IMG/VR virus record: IMGVR_UViG_3300021138_000016
Span: 1 to 64,000 of that record
DNA: 64,000 nt
Source: a virus
Strand: one strand, 5' to 3'
In this document: positions 47,370 to 56,207 of the stretch, in pieces
Position numbering within the stretch: position 1 is the stretch's first letter
Layout: each line of letters begins with the position of its first letter
The notes under the pieces: generated by a model
Told to the model about the DNA's origin: nothing
What the model saw: only the letters and a program-made list of their open reading frames with translations
Database searches by the model: none
Program-made: the position numbers and the translations under genes

Positions 47370-47387
47370 TTGTGTTAATTTTTGCTG

Positions 47388-47423
47388 TAAAATAATAAAG
47401 GGCATCCGAAATTAGATGCCCTT
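47388..47423 (-). terminator. intrinsic terminator after the capsid genes
   Basis: AAGGGCATC-TAATTTCG-GATGCCCTT then TATTATTTT. Confidence 0.75.
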
Positions 47424-47461
47424 CAAATCTTTTCGGGAATTACTAGCGTAATATTTTAAGA

Positions 47462-48058
47462 CTACGAACTACAAGCCCCAAGATAAACCGTATCTGTACC
47501 TTGCACCAAACTTTGGAATTGGGTGTAAGTATAGTAGCTTTGAATTGTGTAGTGGGATGTGTTACTAAAGTTACTTCTCATAACCGCAGTACCTACATAT
47601 AAACCTACATAATCATCTGCGAAAGCATCGTGCGCCCCTGCACTACCATCATCATTACGATAAATACACAAAGAGTTTATTGAAAGGGGAGTGAAAGCAG
47701 GTGCATTACCTCCGTATAAGTTGGCAACAATAGTTGGGACAGTACCGCAACACGCATCACACGCTTGTTGAAATACCGCTATTGACGTAGCATCAATCAT
47801 CACATCTTGACCGTCTTGTTCTATCCAAAAACCTTGCAATGTATTAGCGTCCAACAACTCGTCAGACGTTGGTTGGAACGTTGGTTCATACAAGATTATT
47901 GTGCCATCACCGGGAGCAAGGATTCTCTTTAACCAAACAGGTCTTGGAGAAAACGCTTGTAAGCGTTCACAGTTTATAGATATGGTAACCCCTTGACCCC
48001 CAACGTAGGAGTTCATCGTACCATTGTAAATGACGTAAGCGTTGATTAAATTTGCCAT
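47462..48058 (-). CDS. putative capsid auxiliary/decoration protein
   Basis: Last gene of the capsid transcription unit; Cys cluster. Confidence 0.45.
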   Translation of the reverse strand: MANLINAYVIYNGTMNSYVGGQGVTISINCERLQAFSPRPVWLKRILAPGDGTIILYEPTFQPTSDELLDANTLQGFWIEQDGQDVMIDATSIAVFQQACDACCGTVPTIVANLYGGNAPAFTPLSINSLCIYRNDDGSAGAHDAFADDYVGLYVGTAVMRSNFSNTSHYTIQSYYTYTQFQSLVQGTDTVYLGACSS

Positions 48059-48077
48059 TGTATTTGATATTTATAAT

Positions 48078-49076
48078 TTATTTAAACTGTTTTGCTACTA
48101 TTTGATTCAACTTGATTATTGCTTCAAAAATGTCGGCATCCAAATAATTCTCAAAGACGTAATCCAACATCCCTTCTCCCTTTGCAGGAATATCTTTCAA
48201 TAGAACTTCTTTTTTTGATTTACCTACTACTATTTCACCGTCAGTAGTCAAATCTAAGAAGTTGTTGTCAGACTTAATCTTTTCAAACAAAGCGGATACA
48301 TCTCCTTTGTACTTAGTAACTCCGTTTATAATAATTTCGGGTTCTTTATCAGCAAGTTTCTTTAAGTGGCTAAACTTGTTTTCATCTGCCACCGTATTGT
48401 CTCCTGCACCGTACAATATACTATAAAGGTTCTTTACCTTGTTTCTAGTGTTATCCAAACCAGCTTCGTTTACTATTTTCAACGCCTCGAATTTAGAATC
48501 TAAGAATGATTCGTTTTCTGATTCAACAAATTCATCTTTGTATTCTTCAAACATAGAGTTGAAGTGTCTTGGGTCTTTACTTACACTATTCTTGTTGTAT
48601 GGGCTTGCTTTTAAAAATTGAATCTTATAAGGTTCAATATCTTCATCAAACTCGTTTACTCCACTTGTTAGCGTAATAAAGAAGGCATCTGCTGAACTAG
48701 CATCATTATCATTAATGTTTTTATCTGCATTAAGGATAAGGTTTTGATACTGCGTGTCCAATGTGGCGTAAGATTGAAGAAATCTAACGGGTATCAAACT
48801 ACCTTGTGGGTCTCCCCATTTAAGTATCTTGATTTTCCCCGAATAGTTAGTGTCTTTGACATCTAATACCTTTTCGGGGATTTTACCGTTTTTATCCAAT
48901 CTTACCGCCCATATATCGGCAGAGTTTGGAATCCCTACGGATTGCGGTTGTAACGTGTATTGCGTTTTTGTGCCGCTGTCCGTAACTGATTGCCCACTAT
49001 TCTTTTCAATGAACTGTCCTGTCAATGTTGCAGGTCTATCACCCGCACCTGCGAATACTTTGTACTTCTGTCCCAT
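48078..49076 (-). CDS. conserved hypothetical protein downstream of MCP
   Basis: ORF track; position. Confidence 0.6.
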   Translation of the reverse strand: MGQKYKVFAGAGDRPATLTGQFIEKNSGQSVTDSGTKTQYTLQPQSVGIPNSADIWAVRLDKNGKIPEKVLDVKDTNYSGKIKILKWGDPQGSLIPVRFLQSYATLDTQYQNLILNADKNINDNDASSADAFFITLTSGVNEFDEDIEPYKIQFLKASPYNKNSVSKDPRHFNSMFEEYKDEFVESENESFLDSKFEALKIVNEAGLDNTRNKVKNLYSILYGAGDNTVADENKFSHLKKLADKEPEIIINGVTKYKGDVSALFEKIKSDNNFLDLTTDGEIVVGKSKKEVLLKDIPAKGEGMLDYVFENYLDADIFEAIIKLNQIVAKQFK

Positions 49077-49114
49077 TTTATTCTTTTAGTTTATTTTTTT
49101 AGCTTGTTTGAATC

Positions 49115-50608
49115 CTAGTTATAAACGTTACCCCTAGAAATCATACCCAACTGTGTTGGCTTGTGTATTTCAAGACCGAAACTGTCTTTTGCAAATACTG
49201 ATGCGATACGACCACCTTCATTTCTGAAATCGTGCATCCATACCTTTTGGTCTTTTGCAGGTTCAGCACCTTGAATATTAACATAGTTCATAATTGGAAC
49301 TCTGTTGCCATCTGTATCAGTGTAAGCCTTTGCAGGAAGTAATGCTGCAAAATATTCCAAAGGACGACCTAATTGGTAATCATCGAAAGCATCCATTTGA
49401 TAAGTAAGGAAATGGTAGTTATTCCAAGAGAAATTACCAAAGTTAAAATATTCAAACTCTCTCATTCCTTCACCACCTTCACCAAACAATCTGTATTGGT
49501 AGTTTTGGTTGTAGTTACGAACCAATGCTGCGATTGCTTCGCTCCAATCTAAGCCAAAGTTGAAGTCGTGAATCATAAAGTAATCAGTAGAACCATTTAC
49601 TTTACGAAGTGATTTGATAATAGAGAACAACAATGATTTGAAAGAACCACCCAAGAATTGGTCGTATGCGTAGTTGAATAACCCGTATTTTCTGATAGTT
49701 GGAATCAAACCATCGAAATCTTGGTCTAATTGGCTATCGTGTTGGTTGAACAAGGTTCTCATAATACGGTTTTGAGTAATCCAAGTTTCAACTTCCATTG
49801 ACAATTGTGGGATATAGAAATAATCTATTGTGTTACCGTTTGCATCAAGACCCTTTGCAATCATAATGTCCTTGTCATAGATGTAGTTATCTATTTCAGA
49901 TTCATCCACGTCAATACGTTGCTCATATTTTTGTACTTGTGAAGCATACAATACAGGTGGGTTCTTAACGATACCTTGACCTTGTATTTGATTTGCAGGG
50001 TATGGGTTTTGTACCGATTCGGGTTGATACTTAGTGTTAGTGTAGTTACGCATTGCGTTCATAACTACTGTATATTGACCTCTTACTGTAAGGTCTAACA
50101 CTTGGTTATTGATTGGTTGCAATGTTACTGCATAGTTACCTGCCGAAGTGGTAGTAACGTTTGTGATAGTAACTACTTGTTGGTTGTTTTCTTTGATGAT
50201 TGCTTTCAATCCAACTTCGGGTTTTGCAAACACACCGTTTTGGCTCAAAGAAGAACGACTGATATTAACAGTTACAGGAACACCTGCTGGCGGTACAGAG
50301 CCACTTGCTTTCAAGATAGCAAAAGAGAATGTTTGGAATTGGTCGTATTCAGCCCACCAAAACTTTCTTGACTTAACCATTTTAGTGTCAGAACCCAATT
50401 TAGATTGAAGTTGTGACAACAACCCCCAAATAGAAGTTTTAGGATAAGGCAACACGGGAGCAATATTCCCATTAGCACCCCTTCTTATACTTGGTTGATA
50501 AGCAACTTGCTTCAACGGGTCATAGAAAGTCAAAGGTGTTTGACCTTGTATTACTTGGTCGATACTGAACGACCCTGCTTCTGAAAAAAACTGATTCTGA
50601 TTTGCCAT
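49115..50608 (-). CDS. major capsid protein
   Basis: 497 aa after the scaffold; SRKFWWAEY, DGLIPTIR, FGLEIHKP.QLG patterns of HK97-fold crAss-like MCPs. Confidence 0.8.
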   Translation of the reverse strand: MANQNQFFSEAGSFSIDQVIQGQTPLTFYDPLKQVAYQPSIRRGANGNIAPVLPYPKTSIWGLLSQLQSKLGSDTKMVKSRKFWWAEYDQFQTFSFAILKASGSVPPAGVPVTVNISRSSLSQNGVFAKPEVGLKAIIKENNQQVVTITNVTTTSAGNYAVTLQPINNQVLDLTVRGQYTVVMNAMRNYTNTKYQPESVQNPYPANQIQGQGIVKNPPVLYASQVQKYEQRIDVDESEIDNYIYDKDIMIAKGLDANGNTIDYFYIPQLSMEVETWITQNRIMRTLFNQHDSQLDQDFDGLIPTIRKYGLFNYAYDQFLGGSFKSLLFSIIKSLRKVNGSTDYFMIHDFNFGLDWSEAIAALVRNYNQNYQYRLFGEGGEGMREFEYFNFGNFSWNNYHFLTYQMDAFDDYQLGRPLEYFAALLPAKAYTDTDGNRVPIMNYVNIQGAEPAKDQKVWMHDFRNEGGRIASVFAKDSFGLEIHKPTQLGMISRGNVYN

Positions 50609-50635
50609 TGTTTGTTATTTAAACTGTTTTTATAT

Positions 50636-51670
50636 TTATTTACCAAAACGCTCCCTTGCGGCTGCTATTTTTCTGTTACTTTCTTCTAAAGCATCTGCAT
50701 CAAATTTCCTTACAGGGGGCTGACCGCTTTGTTGTGTTCCAAAAAGGTTTTCTGCACCTATTGTAGAACCGTTTTTTACTCCTATACCTTTACCCACTTC
50801 GTAAGACCTATTAACTACCCTATCGTAGTTGTTCAATTTGATAAACCCTTGTATTTTAGATGCTATCTTTTCTTTTACTGCATCACGGCTATCTTTATTT
50901 GTAAGGTATTGGTATAGTGTCTTTTCGTTTTTGAAGGACTTTTCAATTTCCTTCTTTTGTTCCTTAGTCAATTCTATATCAATATCTACATCTACTTCGC
51001 CGTCTTTTACTTTTGCTACTAACTTATCTGTTACAGTAGTTTCAATTATATCGTCAATGAACTTATTAAATGCGGGGTATTCTGTTCTTAGGGTTTTGTT
51101 TTCATCGTATCTGCTTTTTGCAGTACCAAACTTTTCTTCAAGTGGCTTTCTTAATTCTGCTGCTTCTTTTGCAATCTTTTGTTCCCAACGTGCTTTTTGT
51201 TTGTCATTAGAAGCATTTAGGTGGTATTCTTCTTCAAAGTCTTGCTTTGCTTGTTCCCTTGCTTCTTTTGCATCGTAATCGGGATTTTCTTCTTGCCAAG
51301 CCTTCAAGTAGTTTTCAAAAACCAAGTCTGTATCTGATTTTGATTTTAGACTTTCATAGGTGTTAATTTCTTCAACCCCCATTATATCTTCGTCAGTAGA
51401 AAACTTAATGAAATCCGCTTTTTCTTTTTCTTGTTCCCTCTTTATTTGTTCGGGGGATTTGCTTGTTTCTTTTACTTTAGCAAAATATTCGTTTGCCGCT
51501 TCAATACTATCAAACCCCCACCCTTTTATTACATCTTCGCTAAAAGTAGGTTTTACTACTTCTTGTGGTTGTTCTGCGACTATTGGTGTTTCTACTATTT
51601 CAGTAGTACTGCTGCCGTTACCGCCTTCCCCTTCTTCTGTATTATAAAAAAAACGACTTTTAAAAAGCAT
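50636..51670 (-). CDS. capsid scaffolding protein
   Basis: Acidic coiled coil upstream of MCP; start moved to MLFKSRFFYN (the longer ORF overlaps the divergent gene). Confidence 0.7.
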   Translation of the reverse strand: MLFKSRFFYNTEEGEGGNGSSTTEIVETPIVAEQPQEVVKPTFSEDVIKGWGFDSIEAANEYFAKVKETSKSPEQIKREQEKEKADFIKFSTDEDIMGVEEINTYESLKSKSDTDLVFENYLKAWQEENPDYDAKEAREQAKQDFEEEYHLNASNDKQKARWEQKIAKEAAELRKPLEEKFGTAKSRYDENKTLRTEYPAFNKFIDDIIETTVTDKLVAKVKDGEVDVDIDIELTKEQKKEIEKSFKNEKTLYQYLTNKDSRDAVKEKIASKIQGFIKLNNYDRVVNRSYEVGKGIGVKNGSTIGAENLFGTQQSGQPPVRKFDADALEESNRKIAAARERFGK

Positions 51671-51691
51671 ACATTTGTTTAAATGATTACA

Positions 51692-51729
51692 CAAAGTTGG
51701 TACAGTTTGTAATTTTAATACTATCTTTG
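51692..51729. promoter_or_regulatory. divergent promoters between capsid operon and + strand island
   Basis: TATCTTTG on + (51722-51729); imperfect CAACTTTG on - (51699-51692). Confidence 0.55.
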
Positions 51730-51747
51730 TCGGACATAAATTTTTAT

Positions 51748-51975
51748 ATGTCAGATACAACGCCCCGTAGGATATACCTAAGAGTAAGTGAATTTGAATG
51801 GAGGAAGTTTCAAAGACTAAAAGACAATGGCATTGGCGCAAGAGAGATTTTTGAAATAATATCAAATCAATGTTTATGCGAAAAGTGCAATAAGATAGAA
51901 ATGGTTGCGTTTAATAAAGAAAATGGAGAACCTATAATAATCCCCAATAAAATTTTAACTAAAAGAAATAGATAA
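51748..51975 (+). CDS. ribbon-helix-helix-like protein with Cys cluster
   Basis: RRIYLRVSEFEWRKFQRL...AREIFE; CLCEKC; start moved to ATG after the promoter. Confidence 0.5.
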   Translation: MSDTTPRRIYLRVSEFEWRKFQRLKDNGIGAREIFEIISNQCLCEKCNKIEMVAFNKENGEPIIIPNKILTKRNR

Positions 51976-52193
51976 TGAAAATAGAAATAGAACAAGCAGA
52001 ATACGATAAGCTAAAAGAAAGAATAGCTTGTTTAGAAGGGGATACCCTTATTTATAAAATGAAAATAGAGGCATTAACTAAAAAGTATGAATTTATTTAC
52101 AAAAATGCTTCTGAAAATTTAAAGAACAAAGTAACTTTTGACCGACAATTTATCCCAAGTTTTAGTGACATTTTTAAAGCATTAAAAAGATGA
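51975..52193 (+). CDS. small coiled-coil protein
   Basis: TAATG coupling. Confidence 0.6.
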   Translation: MKIEIEQAEYDKLKERIACLEGDTLIYKMKIEALTKKYEFIYKNASENLKNKVTFDRQFIPSFSDIFKALKR

Positions 52194-52882
52194 AAAAAGC
52201 AATAGAACTAGCAAAGAAGATAACTCTTAATATAGGGGTAGATAATACAGAACTACTTACTGATTACAACTTCCACAAAATATTTGAGCCTATATTAGAA
52301 ACAAGCGAACCCCACTTAATAAAGAACACCCTTATAGCAGCAATAATATATGGCTATGACAATGATAGTAAATGGATAGATACTAGACTAGATGGGATTA
52401 CTAACAATAAAAACATCCTTAAAGGTTTAAATGCTGACTTTAAAAACCCCACTTTAATAGAGTTTATAAACTTACAGCACGAACCATCTTTAGAATGTAT
52501 TGGGAATTTCTTGGATAGACTACCTGACTGGCGTTTTCGCCACATAAGGCGTTTGTTAGATTCTTATACTACTACTATGAATCAAGCATCCCCCGATGTT
52601 TCAGAAGTTGATGCCGAAAAAGTTGCAATGGTTTTTGTTAATTGGGGGAAAGCAATGGAATCTGCAAAAAGACAAATGTATGATTCACAAGAAATGCTTA
52701 AAGAGATTGAACGTGATTATCTAGCAACTAACTCTAAAACAGAAAGTGATTTGGGAGAACCATTTACAACCAAGACATTACAAATGTTTGAAGAAGAAAA
52801 TACAAAACGAGATGCAATGAGTTGGAATCAATACGTTAGAACCGTAGTTATTCCTAAAAGAAAAAATCCCCCTATTGTATAG
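52190..52882 (+). CDS. helical hypothetical protein (possible packaging accessory)
   Basis: 230 aa, convergent with portal. Confidence 0.6.
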   Translation: MKKAIELAKKITLNIGVDNTELLTDYNFHKIFEPILETSEPHLIKNTLIAAIIYGYDNDSKWIDTRLDGITNNKNILKGLNADFKNPTLIEFINLQHEPSLECIGNFLDRLPDWRFRHIRRLLDSYTTTMNQASPDVSEVDAEKVAMVFVNWGKAMESAKRQMYDSQEMLKEIERDYLATNSKTESDLGEPFTTKTLQMFEEENTKRDAMSWNQYVRTVVIPKRKNPPIV

Positions 52883-55418
52883 GTGGGAGTTTTTTTCTTT
52901 GTTCCGCCTCTGCCTCTAATTCTGCCTTTGTTTTTGCTTCTTGCTGACGGTTATTGCCTTTTTGGTCTATTAATTGTGATTGTGATAGTGTCTTTAATTG
53001 TGCAATAAGTTGTTGAAGTTCCATCTTTATTTTACCTTCTTCATCAACAAGTGCTATCTTGCTTTGTGTTTGCGCTTGTAACATCATCATTGCTGATTGT
53101 TGTTGTGCTTGTTGCATTTCTAAAGCCCTCTGATGTTGAAGTTCCTCAAAATCGCTTTTCTTTTTCTCCATCTTATTTGCAGCGATAACCATTAATACTG
53201 CACCATACTTGTAGTTTTGTTGTATTGTATCTACTATTAATTGCACGTCTTGGGTTTCTATCTTACCATCCCTTAACATCTGCATTGCCATATTGATAAA
53301 GAAATCTGTTTTGGCTTTAACATCCTCTAATGAAACTGTTAGTGCCAAATCTTCGGCTTCGATTCCTTCAATACTGTCTAATAAAGAAGCGTTTGCAATA
53401 CCAATGGCACTTGTTAGTTCTTCCCACCTTTGTTTAAAGCCATATTTTTTCTTTTCTTTAATCATTGCTAATATATGCTGTACACATCTTTCCCCATACA
53501 TTATTAGCATTTCCCTACAAGCCTTTTCCATAAACCATATACCTTCATTAGCGGCGTTTAGTTGGGATGTTATTGATTGCTCATTTTGTCTTGGGGCAAT
53601 TTGACCTAAAGAAGCATCAGTAGCGGATAAAGCAACAGTCATTTGGTCGTATAATTGCATCATTACTTTTAAGTAATTTTCTGCTTTATCCAAATGTTTT
53701 GTATCTATTGGGACAAATAACTTAGAAGGGTCGTTTACTACTACATTACCGTTTTTGTCTCTGAATTTAAGCCAAGCCATACCGCTTTGTCTTAGCATCT
53801 TCCATTGTTCCATTGCCGCATCGTATCCATTATTCCCAGATGGCTTATCTTCATCTACGTTGCCTATGTTTTTAGAGTTCGCTTCGTCTGCCACATTCAA
53901 TAACCCACTTATCAAATCCCAATCCATTGCCAACCCTGTCATATCTTGTACTATACAGTTTTGGAATTTATGCCATAAAGTATTTATTTTAGGCATATAG
54001 GCTTGTTTAATATCCATATAAGATGGTCTTTCTACATCTTGCCAAATAACAAGTGTACTTTTAGCGTATCTCATATCAATACCATATCGGTACATATCAA
54101 TATCTTTTTTCATATCGAAAATGTACTGCGACTGCCAAGCCCAATCTGTTTGTTGGTTATTTTGAAGCCTATCTCCGGGCGGTGGGACATAATAACAACT
54201 GTACCAAGTGTTGTATATCCTTTGCCTTTTTTCTTCGCTATCTGTTTCGGGAATCCAATTAAGAGGTTTTGGTTGCCAAGTCTTTATTTTATCATTAACC
54301 AATTTTTCGGAAAATGATTCAGCATCTTGTGTAAGTATTGAAAAGAATCCTACTTGTATAAAAGCATTACTGCCGCTAACTCCCCCTGCTTTGGAGTAAC
54401 TCATATTGTGACCTGCACCTTGAACCTTATTTAGTTCAAATACTTCTTTCAATTGTTCGTCTGTAAGTGTTTCACCAAACCTTCTTACAAATTCTGCAAA
54501 GGTTATTAGTTTCTGATGATACCAAAATACAATATCTTCCCCGTTATGCGTTTTAAAGGGGGATGTAAACAATTCTGTTGGGTCTATGTATTCTACTGTA
54601 CCCCTACCGTTAGTTTCATCCGTGTACCATCTGCCACAAGCCCGATTAAAGTTTTTTATATCTCTATTGAAGTCTTGGGATATTATTCTCCACTTATTAA
54701 GGTTTATTAAATAGTGTTCTATACCTAATTCAAAAGCTAATTCAATATTCCCCCTGTAAATGTAAGATTGATATAAGGCAAGTGTTTGGGAATCGTTTAT
54801 TTGTGATTTTATGTAATCTAAAACCCCACTTATCTTATCTTCCTTTAAAGTAACATCCTTATCGTCCGATTTTTTACCGCCTTTTGTTGCTAATGATGCA
54901 GCATATTTATATGGGTCTTGGCTTTCTGATAGTGGGGACATATTTAATTCAACCAAAACGTGATTGATTATATCCCTAAATAAATGCTGATAGATTAACT
55001 TGTCTTTTTCTTTCTGCCTTTGCATTTTGGCATACTTATCTATTTCGTTTACTTGTATTTTGTTTTCAATCCCAATTTTATCTAGTTTTGCTAAAATGAT
55101 ATTATCTAAATGTGCGTCTATGGGGTTTGCCTTAAAATCTGCCGAAAAATAAGATGCAGTACCACCGCCGCCTTGTGGTGTTTTAGGGTCAATGATATTT
55201 ATATACTCTTGTTTGTTTAATTCTAGTACATCTAGTTTTCTGTAAATTTTTGCTTTTTTGGGGTCTAAAAACCTAGAACTATTTTTTTGTGCATAGAATA
55301 TGGCTTGTGCTAACCATAACTTAGATAGCTTTAAATCTTCGGGAAAGAAGTTTAAATCCGACCAAAATAAGGTTATATCTTTAACTTGGGGCGTGTTCGT
55401 AATTTTTGGCTTTGCCAT
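52872..55418 (-). CDS. portal protein
   Basis: 848 aa downstream of terminase; VEYIDPTEL, Gln-rich C-terminal barrel helix. Confidence 0.8.
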   Translation of the reverse strand: MAKPKITNTPQVKDITLFWSDLNFFPEDLKLSKLWLAQAIFYAQKNSSRFLDPKKAKIYRKLDVLELNKQEYINIIDPKTPQGGGGTASYFSADFKANPIDAHLDNIILAKLDKIGIENKIQVNEIDKYAKMQRQKEKDKLIYQHLFRDIINHVLVELNMSPLSESQDPYKYAASLATKGGKKSDDKDVTLKEDKISGVLDYIKSQINDSQTLALYQSYIYRGNIELAFELGIEHYLINLNKWRIISQDFNRDIKNFNRACGRWYTDETNGRGTVEYIDPTELFTSPFKTHNGEDIVFWYHQKLITFAEFVRRFGETLTDEQLKEVFELNKVQGAGHNMSYSKAGGVSGSNAFIQVGFFSILTQDAESFSEKLVNDKIKTWQPKPLNWIPETDSEEKRQRIYNTWYSCYYVPPPGDRLQNNQQTDWAWQSQYIFDMKKDIDMYRYGIDMRYAKSTLVIWQDVERPSYMDIKQAYMPKINTLWHKFQNCIVQDMTGLAMDWDLISGLLNVADEANSKNIGNVDEDKPSGNNGYDAAMEQWKMLRQSGMAWLKFRDKNGNVVVNDPSKLFVPIDTKHLDKAENYLKVMMQLYDQMTVALSATDASLGQIAPRQNEQSITSQLNAANEGIWFMEKACREMLIMYGERCVQHILAMIKEKKKYGFKQRWEELTSAIGIANASLLDSIEGIEAEDLALTVSLEDVKAKTDFFINMAMQMLRDGKIETQDVQLIVDTIQQNYKYGAVLMVIAANKMEKKKSDFEELQHQRALEMQQAQQQSAMMMLQAQTQSKIALVDEEGKIKMELQQLIAQLKTLSQSQLIDQKGNNRQQEAKTKAELEAEAEQRKKLPPIQ

Positions 55419-55434
55419 TAATAAAAAATTTCTA

Positions 55435-55442
55435 CAAAATTA
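55435..55442 (-). promoter_or_regulatory. -7 promoter element upstream of portal
   Basis: TAATTTTG 16 nt before the ATG. Confidence 0.5.
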
Positions 55443-55463
55443 GAGATATTTTTGGTAGTTCCA

Positions 55464-56201
55464 TTATTTTTTTGTATTGGTGGCTATCGCAAGTACATCT
55501 GTATCTACTACGCAATCAATTTTTTTGTCATTTAGTATAACGGGAAACACGTCCCTATCGTCTAATAATAGTATATCTCCTTTATTTATTGGTATTTGTT
55601 TGTTTAGATAAATAGGGGATGATATTACTTTCCTTTGATATGTTTTTTCTTCTTCTGTGTACAAAATATCAAATGCAGATACTTTTTGTATAACACTTTC
55701 TTCGTGTTCTAGGAATACATAAGGGCTATTGCTTATTAACTCACCCCCTCTTATTAATCCTAGTATTGGGCTTAACTCATCCACATCCCCTGCATAATAA
55801 ACTATGGTGGGTTTTGTTATCCTTCTGTTGGCATCAACTACCAATGTTTCTTTGTGATAAGTACTGTTGGCATTTACCAAAAATAAATCATCGTCACCAT
55901 CTTTACAAAAGAAGTTAGAAGAACTATTACAAACAGTATAGTCTATTATTGCTATATCCCCTACTTGAATGTTTTTCTCATTGGGGTTTACTTTCTCTAC
56001 TGTTGCTGTCTGTACAAACTTAGAGTTGTATGCTTCATCTATTTCATCAACCTTAATGGTTTTGAATAGGGTTACTTTACTACCATCGTCCCTAACTATT
56101 TGCTTTGTATAGATACTTTCTCTATGCTCTGATGTTATTCTTAGTAAGATTCTATCTCCTAATAACTGTACTTTGCTTAAATCTAAATCTGTGATAGCCA
56201 T
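55464..56201 (-). CDS. GroES-like co-chaperonin (tandem domains)
   Basis: LLGDRILLR...ATVEKV...IQVGDIAIIDY; second unit INKGDILL...DVLA. Confidence 0.7.
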   Translation of the reverse strand: MAITDLDLSKVQLLGDRILLRITSEHRESIYTKQIVRDDGSKVTLFKTIKVDEIDEAYNSKFVQTATVEKVNPNEKNIQVGDIAIIDYTVCNSSSNFFCKDGDDDLFLVNANSTYHKETLVVDANRRITKPTIVYYAGDVDELSPILGLIRGGELISNSPYVFLEHEESVIQKVSAFDILYTEEEKTYQRKVISSPIYLNKQIPINKGDILLLDDRDVFPVILNDKKIDCVVDTDVLAIATNTKK

Positions 56202-56207
56202 TTTCTT

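Noticed and set aside
51671-51865. N-terminal extension of the scaffold ORF in the track
   Set aside because: Overlaps the divergent promoter and the + strand gene; ATG 51670 has the better leader
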